From NCBI GenBank assembly GCA_021432655.1, contig MU271190.1, positions 77,866 through 141,865 of the forward strand: 64,000 bases of DNA, in the 5' to 3' direction. Source of the stretch: Atractiella rhizophila. Taxonomy: Eukaryota. Shown piece by piece: positions 10,907 to 24,481 of the stretch. Each line of letters begins with the position of its first letter. The stretch's first letter is position 1. Below the pieces are notes generated by a model, which saw only the letters and a program-made list of their open reading frames with translations, had not been told where the DNA came from and did no database searches. The translations under genes and the position numbers were made by a program.

Positions 10907-12331
10907 TCACTTCTTCCTTTTCTTTGCAGACTCGACCTCCTCCGGTGCCGTCTTCCTCTTCGTCCCATTCGGCGTCACAGTCGCCTTCACTGCAGAGGCA
11001 GGTTTCTTCGGCGGCTCCTTATCGTCTTCCTCCGACTCGGACTCGCTCGAGCTTGAAGCTTTCGAGTCGTCCTCCTCTCCGGAAGAGGACTCGCTCTCGG
11101 ATTCAGAAGAAGACGAAGCTGGAGTTCGTGCCTGTCGTTCTCATTTATTAGAACCTGTTACCGTGCGGGGGATAATGGGTGACGTGCCTTTGATGCGGCT
11201 GCAACTTCTTTAGTCACTGCCACTGCCTTGGGTGTGGCAGTCTTCTTCTCCGCTGCGACCTGTCCACAACGAATCATTAATTCGGGTTGTCGCGATAGAC
11301 TGGGAGAAATGGACCACGCACGACTTTGGAGACTGGTTTTTCCTTCTTCTCCTTCTCTTTACCCTTATCCTTCGCGACTGGCTTCTCTTTCTCAGCTTCC
11401 GAAGTCTTCTCCTTCGTCTTTCTCTCCTTCTTCTCCTTTACTAGTTCGGGATGAGCTTTCTGGTACTCTTCCATGTCCTCCTTGTACGTCTCGAGCAGTC
11501 GGGCGTGCTTGTCTTGATACTCCTGCTCTCACAACGGTTCATGGTTAACCTCTGTCTCAGATGATCTAGAAAGCATAAGGGGAACAGTTCCCATCATAGC
11601 TTCAAGGAAGTGGAAACTATCGAGGAAGAGAACATAAAAAGAAGGCAAACTCCAGTCTCCCGGTCTAAAATGAAGAAAGAACACACCTTCTTCTGTTCAT
11701 CGTTCAAGTCCTTCCAATCACTCCCAATCTGTTTCTGCAACTCCGTCCAAGTCATTCCCGGATTCTCAGTCTTCATCTTCTCAATCATGCCATTCTGATA
11801 CATCAAATAAGCGCCAGGCGGCTTCTTCGGCGCATTCGGATCCCTTTCCTTCTTCTCCTTCTTCTCCCTAACAGCTCCCTCCTTCCTCGCCCTCTTCACA
11901 GGCGCAGCGTCAGCTTCCATCGTCGCAAAAGTAGGCAGACTCTTGGGACCGCCTCCACTCGTTCCTCCAGAACTCTTCGTCTTTCCATTAGCCTTTGCTT
12001 CCTTCGAACTCGCATTCGGGACGGCAACGGCATAAGGGGTAGGGTTAGCGAAAGCGGGACTGGACGCGAGACTCGAGTCGGTGAAGAGCATTCCGGCGTC
12101 GAGGAGCGCTCTCATCTTCTGGAGGTCTTCGCCCTTCGCGAACTGGGCGCAGTGGGCGAGCTGGTCGAGGTAGCGGTGGAGGTTCTGTTGGGCGGACTGG
12201 AGCTGGTGGGTCGAGTTGGCGACTTGTTGGTGGCCGTTTATTATCTGGGATTGGAGGATGGAGATGTGCTGGAAGATGTTGGCCACGCTCGTCATCAGCG
12301 TCGACGTCTGTGCTGCGTCAGGGGGAGCCAT
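10907..12331 (-). CDS. HMG-box protein with Lys-rich and acidic/Ser-rich tail, multi-exon
   Basis: DPNAPKKPPGAYLMYQN...NPGMTWTELQKQIGSDWKDLNDEQKK / EYQDKHARLLETYKEDMEEYQK; last exon SSSESESESSSGEED...SAKKRKK*. Confidence 0.9.
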
Positions 12332-13005
12332 GCTGGGTTGTCGTGAAAGAGCTGACTGCCAAAATAAATTTTTGTGCAGGGGAGGCGGGCGGAATTTACA
12401 GAACAAAAGATAATGATGATGATGATGTCGATTATCGGGCTTTACGCGACTGGCCAGCTCTTCGCCTTCGCCAGAATGAAGTAACGACACATGACTAGAC
12501 TTCCTCTCCTCTCCAAGAACGAAAGAAGTCTTAGACCTGAAAGCAGTTTTTTCTTTGCCCACTTTGCAGGATTGATTATTCTTAAGCAGAACAGGGATAG
12601 GCGGAGGGTCCCAATTCCTCCAACTTTGGACAAGGCAACACTCTTCATTGCATTCTGGGGCTTCAAAACAGTTTCGGCGGTTTGGAGAATCCCCAGTCCA
12701 CCTTGGGCATTTAAACGGTCTAGTTTTGAACCCTTCTTCTCAAAGTCTAAGTCTTGTGCAGTTCAGTGATTCAGCCAAATCGGCATCCGTCGCCTATGCC
12801 TTTTTCGTTTTCAGCGGCTGCGTTCAGCGGTTTAGCTGGATCGAGTAGTGATCCTTCACCGAGGCGCACTTCTACCATCCTTTCGTGTCCGCAACAATTA
12901 GTTCCCTCAGTTTTGTACCACATATGAATCGTGATGATGAGATACGAAGCTTCATCTCGTACCTTTGTTCCCAGTAGAAACTGAATTCGCGGCCCGTGTA
13001 CCACA

Positions 13006-14724
13006 TTAAGCGTCCCCCGACTCTCGAAGCCATGTAAATTTCTCATTCTTGCGCACCCCAAAATCTTTCATTGTTCTCCACGCCATCCTAATCTCCTCGT
13101 CATGCCACTCCCCAAAGAATAAAAGAACACTTAAACTCCCTCCGCTCCATTTTCTCTCCTCTTGGTGTTCATCTCTCTGGCCGCCTGTTGCTTCCTTACG
13201 ATCCGCAAAGAACCAGCGGACGAAATCTGGGAAGTAGAGCGAGTCCACTCCACAGTACTCGATGCCTACATCTTCTAACGCAGGAAGATATGTGAGAATA
13301 CGGAAAAACTGGCGGGAAACAAGGTTGGTAGTATCCTCGCCACCGTCGAGGGTTAGGGATTTCAGCCGTTTAAGGTGTGATAAGTCGAGGGGAGTGGGTA
13401 ATATGGAGGTATTTTCCGCAGCTGAGAATGGTGCGAGCTGAAGCTTGAGATCCTCTAGAGAAGGAGGCAATGAAGATCCTGAGATGGCCTGCGGGAGCGG
13501 ACACATGTTTTCGAGATGTAGGCGAGAGAGTCCGTCTGGGAAGGAGAGGGATGACAGAGGCGGATAACTGTCAAGTACCAAGTCTATGAAGCTAGGGGAT
13601 AAGTGCAGACCCGCCGAAGCAGAAGAGGGAGAGGAGTCTTCCACTTGAGAAGCGCTGAGACGTTTGATCCTCGGGTTCATTCTTCGCATAAAGTTCTCCA
13701 CCTCATCCTTCCTCCATTTTCTCAAACCGTTACAACCAAACGACACCGATTCCAGTCGCTTCAAGCCTTCAATTATATTTAACATAGCCTCTAGCTCTTC
13801 TCCATTCCAAAATGCATCCAAGGACAAGATGGTAACATTCGGCGAGCCAACAATGAGCGCCTGTAAGGTCCTAACACTCATATGTTGTCTAAATCGGAGG
13901 CTGCTCCACAAACGTCCAGCGTAAGGATAGAGTTTCAAGCAAGCATGTTTAACGTCCGAATACAAAGGTTCGCTTCGATAGGGGATTGAAACACGCCACC
14001 AGAGCTTGCAGATGGGAGATATAGATGTTCCGATGTCGTCATCTTCGAGGAAACTGAATATGCAAGAGAGGAGCTCGAAAGATAGTTGTGAGATGGAGCA
14101 TGAAGCAACTCCAGTTGTTGAGGAGACCGAAAATTGGACAGTGGTCCCATTACTCAGGTAGGAGGTTGAGCAGGTCGATGCTTCGTCATCGCTGATCGGA
14201 GTGAGCTGCCATTCGTCATTCTGGCATTTGGCAACCGGAGCGAAGATGGCCTCAGAGGGATTTTCTAAGGGGAGGTGAAACGTGCGCGTGAAGCGCTCCG
14301 TATAAACCCAGGCATCCTCGCGCGAATCATCAGAAAAGTCGACGGTATCGGTATCCGAGTTAGATGAATCGGATGAATCAACAGACGAATCGGATAAATC
14401 AACAGATGAATCGAGGGATTCGACGTCTGCACCAAAGGTTATCGCGAGAAGTTTCCGGTCCAAGGTGATGCAAATGTCTGCTACCCCTTCATATCCGATT
14501 GCATCTGCGAGACATTCAGCTGGGAATTCGACGAGCTGCGACGGCATCGCAGGTAAGAACTCCTTAATCACGAATCGAAGGACAAAAGTAATGCGGAGGG
14601 TGTGAATCGATGGAGGTAAGCATGATAAGAAAGATGGGAGAATGGATACCTGGAGCAAGGAGAGGAGCACTTTCGGGGAGATGAGGTTGGCGTGAGCGAT
14701 TAAGGGTTCACATTCCTGAGTCAC
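13006..14724 (-). CDS. F-box / LRR-like protein (intact, intronless family member)
   Basis: F-box-like ISQLSFELLSCIFSFL...ISPICKLWWRVS followed by LxxLxL repeats; colinear with the three copies at 47-60 kb. Confidence 0.8.
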   Translation of the reverse strand: MTQECEPLIAHANLISPKVLLSLLQVSILPSFLSCLPPSIHTLRITFVLRFVIKEFLPAMPSQLVEFPAECLADAIGYEGVADICITLDRKLLAITFGADVESLDSSVDLSDSSVDSSDSSNSDTDTVDFSDDSREDAWVYTERFTRTFHLPLENPSEAIFAPVAKCQNDEWQLTPISDDEASTCSTSYLSNGTTVQFSVSSTTGVASCSISQLSFELLSCIFSFLEDDDIGTSISPICKLWWRVSIPYRSEPLYSDVKHACLKLYPYAGRLWSSLRFRQHMSVRTLQALIVGSPNVTILSLDAFWNGEELEAMLNIIEGLKRLESVSFGCNGLRKWRKDEVENFMRRMNPRIKRLSASQVEDSSPSSASAGLHLSPSFIDLVLDSYPPLSSLSFPDGLSRLHLENMCPLPQAISGSSLPPSLEDLKLQLAPFSAAENTSILPTPLDLSHLKRLKSLTLDGGEDTTNLVSRQFFRILTYLPALEDVGIEYCGVDSLYFPDFVRWFFADRKEATGGQRDEHQEERKWSGGSLSVLLFFGEWHDEEIRMAWRTMKDFGVRKNEKFTWLRESGDA

Positions 14725-15378
14725 GGTGCCTTGAAAGATGATTGGTGTTTCCTGCTCAAGCCCTTCCTGAGAAAAGATTCCTGACTGTAACCCATAAATT
14801 TAAGTTAGACGAGAAGATGATGGAGCCAAGTCAAAGACAGAGATCAGATCAGATCTTGCCTGGGTTGCATCACCACAGGATGCTTGCGCTGGAGCCATCT
14901 CCACTGTCGCCAATATTTGTAGCAAGACCGATCTCGCCTAGGAACAGCGGATCAGCTGTTTGCAATGGCATTTGTCATACACAGCGACGTGTACACAATT
15001 TCAAGCTGCTCTTCAAGAACACCAAAAAATGGCAGTTGGCATGAGCATGACTCAACCGGCGGCAAGCCTGCGGTTCGATTAAGAAGCCGAAGGGCGACGA
15101 CGCGTTTTGGTTTTGACGACGGCTCTCTCTCCTGGTTCAAGTTGGTTTTCATCCAAAATATCCGCTGACGCCAACATCAGCTATTTAAATCAACACTGGA
15201 CACCTACAATTGCATTTACGTGCAACGAGGGTATCAAGCGAAACAAGTACGTTTTCCTGCTTCTTCGAACCACAAGCCCGAAAATTGATAAATTCTCGTT
15301 GGAACAGCCATCCGAATCGAGTTACGACGTGGACACGTTGAACTCAGCTCAGCTATAAGCAGGAAAGGCACGGGGTCG

Positions 15379-18300
15379 ATGGAGCCTAACAAACGGCCTC
15401 GTTCGGAAGAACAAGAACGCGATCCGCTTGCCTCCCGTCAGGTTCCAAAGAGAGCGCGGAGCTCGAAAGCCTGTCAACAATGTGCGTTGACTGCTGTCAT
15501 CTCTGCGTCTTACGACATGGAATGGAGACTCTGATATTATTGCGATGGTACACAGGCCGAAAACAGAAAGCTCGGTGCGAGAATGAAGGTGATTACAGCG
15601 AAGCGTGTCATAGATGTAATGTCCTCCAGTGAGTTTTCCTTCGCTCGCAACAACTGTTTCATTCCATCTTTGGCTCCTCAAGCTTCATCGTTTCTTCCTC
15701 CAATAGGGAGTCGAAGCTGAGAAGGAATGATTACTGCACCGAATCGGCTTAAAATTAATTCTTTTTCTGAGGCCGAGAGGGGCTGCCACAAAGGACCAAA
15801 GGAATCCTTTCTAGCCCAACCGATACTGTGGCAAGATTAAGTGCTTGGAACCTCGCTATGAGTGAGCTGGATCTAATTTAAGCCTTTGTTGCCGAACATG
15901 GCTTCAAGATCCTTGCTGTTGTTTGAGCACTGCGTGGGTGGGTTGTTTGAGCTTGCCAAAGCCTTTTAGTGATGTGACGGCAGAGGGATTTTAAAAGGCA
16001 CAAAGCCATTCTTAAAGACGACGGTGGCCGCTGAAGGTAGGTTGTGGAGGAGCCACAAGATTTATTGAGCGGTCCTGCCAGATTTCATTTATCGCCCGGT
16101 GTTGAGCGTCCTTGTTCATGTTTACTTGGTGGCATCCTCAAGCTCTTTCCACAGTTGTGTTGACATCTGACGTGGGAAAGTCTTCGGTGCTCGTTTCTGG
16201 ACGATCCACCACCTCCAAACCACCGTCCGCGCCTACATCGACCTTCCCCCATTCCCTCAGTTCCCGCATCGTCATCTTCGCAACCACAAGCACTCTCAAC
16301 AACGGCGCATACCGGTCTAACACCTTTCAATGCCTCCGTCCCCTCCTACTCTCGTCACACCACCTACCCAGATTATCCTCATACCCTCCATCCATATGAT
16401 CGTCTCCCCTTCCCTTCAGAAGACAGCTTCCCTAAACCTCACGAACAGTCCTTTCTCACATCTCAGTCCCCATCTTCATCCTCCCTCCACTCTCTTGCCC
16501 AAAACAACGCCCTACCAAGAGCCCACCAAGACTCATTCTTGACCACTCAGGCAGCCCGGACCCCTTTCGTCCACTCCGTTGCCCCTCCTTCTGCAGTGGG
16601 GTCTCCATATCCTGCTCCTCTGTCTGCGACGAGGTCGACAAACGAATCTTTCCTTAGAAGAGCGTTCGAGGCTACAAAAGAGCCTTTTGAGGCGTTGGCG
16701 AAACCGGAGTGCGAAGATAATGACGCAGAGAGGGAGGAGGAGGAGGAGCGAGGGAGCGAGGAGGAGGAAGGCCGGACGGAGGAACGCGAGAAAGGACCGC
16801 ATCCAGTTCCCCTTGATTTATGGTGCATACCGTCTGCTCTGGTTAACACCCTGCTCTCCAAGAGCGAAGGAAAGTGCAATGAAGATGACGGAGGAGAAGA
16901 AGATCCCACGGATGGAGATGAAGAACTCAGTGCGACTTTGAAGATGTTCAAAGGCTCAACGGTCGGCCCTGAAGAGATTTTCTACATGAATACACTCTTC
17001 GACGAGATCTATTCTTCCTGGCTTCCTTTCAAGTTCCCACGCAATCCTTCGCCACTCCTCTCTTCCCTTCGCTATCTCCTCGCCAGTCGACACGCCGGAA
17101 TGCTCATGCGCACTCCAAGAACGGAATTCATTCACAACTTCGTATTTCGCGAGATTGTCAAGTTGATGTATCTGCCCAAAGAAGAGAGAGAGACGTTGGA
17201 AAACATTCGTTCTGCGTACATTCTAAGTTGGTGGATGCCCAGTGTCTTGAACGAGGAAGGAAGTGGATTAGGGAATGAGAATCTGTTCAGAGAGTTGGTG
17301 AAGGGATATCTGACGAATCATTCTCTTTCCACTGTGGAAAATGAAGGTGGAGAGCGGATGAGGCTACAGTATGCCATGCACATAAATGAAGGATTGTGCG
17401 CTTCTTGTCCTCTCTTCGTATTCGCTCTGACAATGGGAGATTGTAGCCACGCCATCCTCGGTGGCAAGTTACCGGACACTTCACCCCTTGCGAACCTTGA
17501 AACCGACCTACCACCGATCACTTCTACAGATTGCAGACCATCTGATTCGCGATTGATTTTTCAATCCCGGCTACTATTCATCGTCGAACGGGGCATCGCA
17601 TCCATCGCGAATGAGCCTTTTGATCTCAGTGTTGGAGGGTTTGATGGCTTGTGCCAGAAGGTGGACAAGAGCATGGCGGAGTTCGATCTGTGGAATCGAG
17701 TCTTTTCAAGGAATACAGGTATGCTTTTCATCACGTCAATCTTGAATTTGGCGTAACTAATGCCTTATGTAGCGGTGGACGATCCACGTCAAGCCCCATA
17801 CCACGCAACCGTATTAATTCAACAACTCTTCTGCCGTCTTTCAGTCATGACCAGCGCCTTTATCGTTCTTCGCGAGGTTTCGCGTCGCTTTTCAGTGGGT
17901 ACCAGCGACGGATCTGTGCCGCCCAGCGACACGGAATTGATCGTCTTTTACAAGAAGAGCGTTCATCACATCGCAATGGGGATGCTCAACAATCTTGAAG
18001 GGATTGTCATCAGCGCGGCTGGTAGCAGTATCCCTGCTCGCATTCTGGGCAGTGCACCTGACGAGCTCTTGATTATGATCATGTTTGCAACGTTCGTCTT
18101 GACCTCATTTATTACCACCTCTTAGCTCAACCATTGGACAGGGCCTTGCTCATCAAGTATTACCACATGTGCTTGGAGTGGAAGCTGTATAAAGGCGAAC
18201 ACTTCCGAGACACGTCCCGCCTTCTCGAGCTCCTCATTCGTAAACTAGCTGACACTTCGCTTGCGGAAGGGGACCTCGCATCTCGCTTTTGCAACCTGTG

Positions 18301-18673
18301 CAAAGGCTTCTTCAAAGTCTGGCAGGAAAAAGCTCACGCTAAGCTTGGCATAGCCAATTCCGATCCATCCGGTTCCCCATCGACATCAACAGGCCAGGCG
18401 CAGGCTCAGGCAACAACCGCGAATTCTGAATCGAGTTCCACCCCCTCAGCCAACTTCCTCCCAACACCCACCAGTAGCGCTCTCGTCGAGCCTCCAAATG
18501 GCAACTTTCCCTCTCTCGACCATTCTTTCCTCTCCAACGATAAATACTCCACCTTGCTTTCCGCGAATTGGACGGCCAACAACGCAGAACTAAGCTGGAA
18601 TGAAGCGTTGGGAGAGGTCCTGGGAGCAGGGTTTTTTGACCTTAATAATTTTGACGTTCCAGGGACATTTTAG
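15379..18673 (+). CDS. Zn(II)2Cys6 fungal transcription factor, multi-exon
   Basis: Splicing the first intron gives KRARSSKACQQCRKQKARCENEGDYSEACHRC (5 of 6 Cys located). Long helical middle region at 16539-18400 and a low-complexity acidic C-terminus. Confidence 0.8.
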
Positions 18674-18768
18674 AGAGATGCGTCGTAATCTTGTGGTAGA
18701 TCAGGGTCCATCCTAGCATTGTAGCATCCAAAATAATTGTACAATATTTCGATCTCATACCTCCTTTT

Positions 18769-20178
18769 TCAATATTCGTCGAGACCTACCAGCCTTCTGA
18801 GGACTGGATTATCCAAATCCGGCTTCTTGATGGGCTCCGTTCTCATCACAGGATCTGGTTGCCCGTTCCTCAGAGGAGCTGTTCGCTTGTGAAGGAAGAT
18901 TCTGGTGGGATGGTGTCCAGAAATCTGCCATCCGTTGAACATTTCCTTTCTCAGCTCGAGATTCTCCGGAGTGATCGATTGTCTCGGAGCATAACATGCG
19001 TCTGATGCAGGAGCAAGAACGAGAAATTAGTTCGTCAGAATGTCCAAAGCACGGGGGACACCTACAAAATACCACCCGGGTCCTGTCTCCTTCTGCTGGC
19101 GCACCGTACTGTGGCAAGGTATTGGTATTGTACTAGGGGAGCAGGCGGAAATGCTTACATGGATTGTCCGTGAATCCCATATTATCAAATCGCCCGGATT
19201 AGCAGCGACTTTCACCCATTCACAACCTCGTTCATAGAACCACTTCAAGTGTTCTTCAGTGAACTTTCTGTCTTTGTCATGAAAGTTCGGTCCTTCCGTC
19301 GACCAGTACTCTTCAAATAATGCAGAGCTCCCTGATAATACGACTAGGCCACCATCTTGCGGTTCCACTTTAGTCTAGGACCCAAACTTCAGCATGGTTG
19401 CTTGTTATGGAGGACCTGAATAGTACCAAGTTTACAATGCCTTGCGGGCAGTCGAATCCAGCGATATCAATCTTCTGATCGATGTGTGGCCAAAACTTCA
19501 AGCCTTCCGCACCGTCTTTTCGTTTAGGAAGAGAGACACTAATGCCTCATAAGGACCCCATGCTGAAAGAATTGAGATCGTACTTGATGGCATCGAACGA
19601 GACCAAAAGCTCGGCAGTTCCCCACAGCTTTTTGTAAGCGTCGATGACTCCAGGTTCACAACGAGCTTCCCATACAAAGTCTTCACTGTATGTGATGACG
19701 AATCAATATGTCTGTCGCTGGCCAACCAGAAGAAGACGTACTGCCCAACAGCGTACGAGGAGAATATGCCACTTGGTCCATGTAATGGGAGATTATCAGC
19801 CGTCCACGTCTCTCTATTATCGGGATCAAACCCGAGTTTAAAGTCCTACGATGCTATGTTTGAAGAACAAGGAAAGTGGGGAGGGCAAATACCTTCAACC
19901 ACTGCATCGTTCTATTAACGTAATACTGGGCTTTCTCTACATGCCGCGATAAAGGTTCCCGCTCAATTTCTCTGTGACTGTGCGTATCGTGAGGGTAGAC
20001 TGACCTGGCGAGATAACACCGGGCACAATGCAGTATCCATCTTTCCTGAGCTGTCATAGGCTCTATCATTCCTTATCAGGTTCCAACCCACTGCGAGACC
20101 TACCTGGTCTCTGAAATCGCCGAAAGTTCCCTCTCTGACAAGAGGATCGTCATGATTACTCCTAATGGTGCCTGGCAT
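18769..20178 (-). CDS. Phytanoyl-CoA dioxygenase (PhyH)-like Fe/2OG dioxygenase, multi-exon
   Basis: WPHIDQ (HxD), QGIVNL, DGGLVVLSGS and GDLIIWDSRTIH (distal His); ends RRLVGLDEY*. Confidence 0.85.
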
Positions 20179-20855
20179 GATGAGGTTGACAGTTCGTCAA
20201 CCCTCCCTGCTATTTATGCATACTTGAAGGTCACGTAGGTGGGCTTGTGGGGCAAGCCGTGGAGTGCTTGCCACTGTCGAATCATAACGCGCACGGCCGA
20301 AGCTCAGGGAGTCAAGTGCTGAAGACGGCTGCGTTATCGAAATTGCAATTTGGGCGGCTGGAACGCGGCTTGAAGATAATCGTGACGTAGGGTCAGGGTC
20401 GGTGTTCCCTTTGTCTGTATCTCTGTCGGGTGACGTGGGGGTTCACGCGACAGGACCCTCTTTTATTGCGCTGTCCGATCTGCACTCCGCTCTGGACGCA
20501 CTAGCCCCAGTACTGATCAGTGGGAGTCAACGCGTGATACAGGCGCCATTGACAAGTAAATTCATGAGTAATTCAGGAACAATTCAGGAGCAAAGGCGAC
20601 ATGGAGGAAGCATGGAGGTTGTCTTTATTGCGACACAAGCCGTGCGCGTTCTTGCACCCAGCCTTGTGTACATCTCGTCTTATCACCTGTACTTATCCCC
20701 CACTAGTTCCCAGTGTTCATCAGATCCCATGCGTCTGGGATCGACTAGCTATTTAAGGCACACCAGTCTCTTCGACTTCCCCAGCTCCTTCGACTCCTAC
20801 CAGTTCCTTCAAGAGTCAGGTTCTCGCGACTAGGAGCTTCCCATCGAACATCACC

Positions 20856-23203
20856 ATGTCGAACGTCAACGACAAGAAGAATTTGGAGGATGGGTATCCC
20901 TCCTCCCCAGTCGATTCCGACTTCGACGATGTCAAGTCCGACCTCAAGTCGCCTTCCGAGATGACCTCAAAGTTGGCTGACGACGATTTTGGGGATGCCA
21001 AAATCGAAGCGGTCGCAAACGCCACCTTCAAAGCTGCTCTAGCTGCCTCGGAGCCTTTGAAGCCTTTCAGCAGGACTAGTATTCAGGTATGTGGGTCGTC
21101 ATTAACTTGGGTCAGCATTTGATCGATTTGAATAGCTCTACTTCATCATCTGCATCGGTTTCTTGAACGCTGTGAGCTCAGGATTCGATGGATCCTTGAT
21201 GGGTGGTATCAATGCCATGGTCCGTTTCCCCTCCTGAGGCGAAATGAGCTAAGTTGTTCTGCAGCATCAATACCTCGATTTCTTCCACTATGAATCAACT
21301 GGCAAATCCACTGGAATCAGTGAGTGCCCTCCAAAGTCATCTATAGTAGATTAGACTTACTCACGTCGTGCTTCTCCAGTTTGTGCGTTGCTCCCCTTAT
21401 ACTCTGCGCTCCATCCTTATTTTCCTACAGTCATGATGTACACCGTCGGCTCCTGCACTGGCTCTTTCTTCGCTGGTCCAGCTTCCGAGTGGTTCGGACG
21501 ACGTGGAGGGATGTTTATTGGGGGTGGGATCATCCTCATGGCGGCTGCCATCATTGCCTCTGCTCAGAACGTTGCCTCCTTCCTTGCTGGACGATTCTTC
21601 CTCGGATTCGGTATCGCCATCTCCACGACTGCTGCCCCAACCTGGGTCACTGAACTTGTTCCTCCTCAGTACGTCCTGCTTTCACCTTTTCGCGCAAGCC
21701 ATGATATTCATTCGGGAAAATAGATGGAGAGGTCGTTTGGCTGGCGCTTACAACGCCTGTTTCTTTCTTGGATCCATTCCAGCTACTGGAGCCATGGGTG
21801 TGTCTACTTTGTTTCGTGTTATAGAAGGCTCCCCAACTAAAGCGGAATGCAGTCGGCACCAACAAGATGAACAGCACTTGGGCTTGGCGTCTGCCTTTAG
21901 TTCTTCAAATCATTCCCCCAATCATCGTCATGAGCGGTGTTTGGGTAAGTCACTTCGGGATCTTTGCACCTCAACTGACCACGGCGAGTAGTTCTGCCCC
22001 GAGAGCCCTCGATGGCTCGTATCAAGGGGGAGGCTGGACGAGGCTCGTGCTATCCTCATCAAATATCACGGCAACCACGGTGAAACCAATGCTGTCATCG
22101 AGGTCCGCTTCTCTCGTTCCTCTCAAAACAGAGTCTAACACTATCGTCCTGTAGATGCAACTTCGCGAATTCCAGGAGCAGATTGAGGTTAAGAAACTCG
22201 AGCCTTTCTGGGACTACTCGATGCTCGTGAACACGAGGAATGCGAGGTGGAGATTGCTCTGTGTCGCTCTCATGTGCTGGAACGGACAACTCGCAGGAAA
22301 CGGGGTGAGCCTAACCCTGTTTGACCGAAGATTTGCTGATCCGGAGACTATAGTTGATCACCTACTTCCTTCCTGTCATGTTCAAGAACGCTGGTGTCAG
22401 GTCTAGCCAACGTCAGCTTGTCTTGTTCGTTCTTTTTATTCACAAAAAAGTAATGTTGACGTGCATGGATAGCAACTTCGCCAATTCGATCCTTTCAGCT
22501 GCAGGAGCTTACTCAGGAGCTTTCGCGACAGATTTCATCGGCCGTCGTCCTCGTCTCTATATTGGTGCCTTTGTCCTCGCTTGCATGCTTACCATCGTCG
22601 CCGTACTCTCGAAAGAATGTTCGTCCATCACTCCCGATAACGAGAAGTCGTACTAAAGCTTGGTGATTGCAGATGGATATGAGGGTGCGCCGACGACTGC
22701 TGCCAATGCCACCATCGCCTTCATCTTCCTCTTCGGAATTGTCTACTCCTTCGTCTACACACCTCTTCAGGCTCTGTATTGCGCTGAGGTGCTCAATCAG
22801 AGGCAGAGGGCGAAGGGAATGGCTGTCCACATCTTGATTTCCAACTGTGCAGGGTTCATCAACACCTTCGCAAACTCTGTTGGTCTAGGACGGTTGGTCG
22901 TTTTCCCCTTCTATTAATCACATTCACTGACTACTGTATGCGATTTTCAGGCTTGGATGGAAGTACTACTTTGTCTTCGTCGCCTGGAACTGCTGTGCTT
23001 CAGTGCTATGGTGTATGTCTCCATTTGCTCATTGAGGTGTTCTCATGGCTGATTAAATGATCACAGACCTCTTCTGCGTCGAGACTCGTGGTCGCACACT
23101 TGAGCAGCTTGATGAGATCTTCGATCAGCCGTGGCCTGCACGAGCTTCCATGAAGAAGACAAAAGTTGCGTTTACAAATGGACAAGTGAAGGTTGTGGGA
23201 TGA
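20856..23203 (+). CDS. MFS sugar porter (hexose/lactose/cellodextrin permease-like), many introns
   Basis: GFDGSLMGGINAM, SEWFGRRGG, GRFFLGFG, ELVPPQWRGR, WAWRLP, PESPRWL, DFIGRRP, VETRGRTLEQLDEIF. Confidence 0.93.
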
Positions 23204-24481
23204 GGATTCTTTAGTTATAACTGCGTGATGCATGCTTTTGGATTATGATGTAACGTTTATGAGTTGGAATGCTGCATAGGACGCCTTCAAAACATTATTT
23301 ACCAGGCCAACGTCACAGCCGCCAGAACTTCTGGTTGTTGTGATCAGTGTATTAAAGTCAACGGAGCGCTGCATTTGGGGACGAGATCAAGGAATTATGA
23401 CTAAAGGGGTGACCGTGACGCAAGGAATAAAGAGTAAGAAGTCTGACAAGTCGTGTGTATAGATCGAAAAGTCATGTGTGGAAAGATCTAAGCAAGAATC
23501 GTTCAAGTCCTCGGTGTCCCCTTGGAAAGAGGCAAAACGATGAAAGTATGAAATGCTAGACTAAGTCGCGATTAATGTTCGGAGTGTTGTTACCTAATGG
23601 TGGTTCAATCCTCCTCCTTTTCCGTAGTTCTCCCTCCCTCTCCGCCTTCCTCCTGTGCAGTACCCTCTGCGCTCTTCTGATTCTGATTCATAGAGTGAAT
23701 TTCCCACTCTTTCTTATAAACTCGCACACTGTGTACCGCTTCTGGATTGCTCAGTAGGTCACTAAGCGTTCTGTACTCGAATTTGAATCACGTGGCCTTT
23801 CTTGCCATTTCGCTAGTTAGCCCCTCGCCTGTCGCTGCCTCGTGTCCTCTCATGCACTTTGTGGCCTCGCATTAACCCCCGCCCCCCCAAAGAACGCAAC
23901 GAGCCGATAACTGATCAAGTTTCAAGTAATCGGAAAAATTGGAGCCAGAGAGTTGAAGGATAATAGCGTCGAGCGAGTGTTATCCCACGGCTGGAGAGGC
24001 TGAAAGGCAAGATTCAGTATTGTCTCTTTAAGAGGTGAGTATTTGCTTGGTTTGTGCAGAGCGATAAGGTGGATCAGGCTTGATCGCTGTCGTTAAACTG
24101 CTTATCAAGAAGCAGCATTTGCAGTTTGATGCTTTTGACAGTCATTACTGGCAGAGGATGGACGTATGTTGAAGTCTTCAAAAAGATCTTGTTCCACTGC
24201 CCTTTCCCTGATCTTCCATGGTTTCCATAGTTTGCACATGGTTTCAGAGAGAGCTGCAGTTTACCATACCAATGAACTGACCGGCAGCTTGCCATCATAT
24301 CCAAAGTATAAGGTCCCACTGCTGATGCATTTGTTATTACATGGAATCTGGGCAGGGACACAGCTGATAAAGTGAAATTAGATCCAGGCGCTTTCTTCTC
24401 TGTTCAAGTTTATAACACGATACAACTCCACGTCCCTGTTATTCAACATTGTTTCCGCAATCTAGCTCCGGTTTCGCCAAC

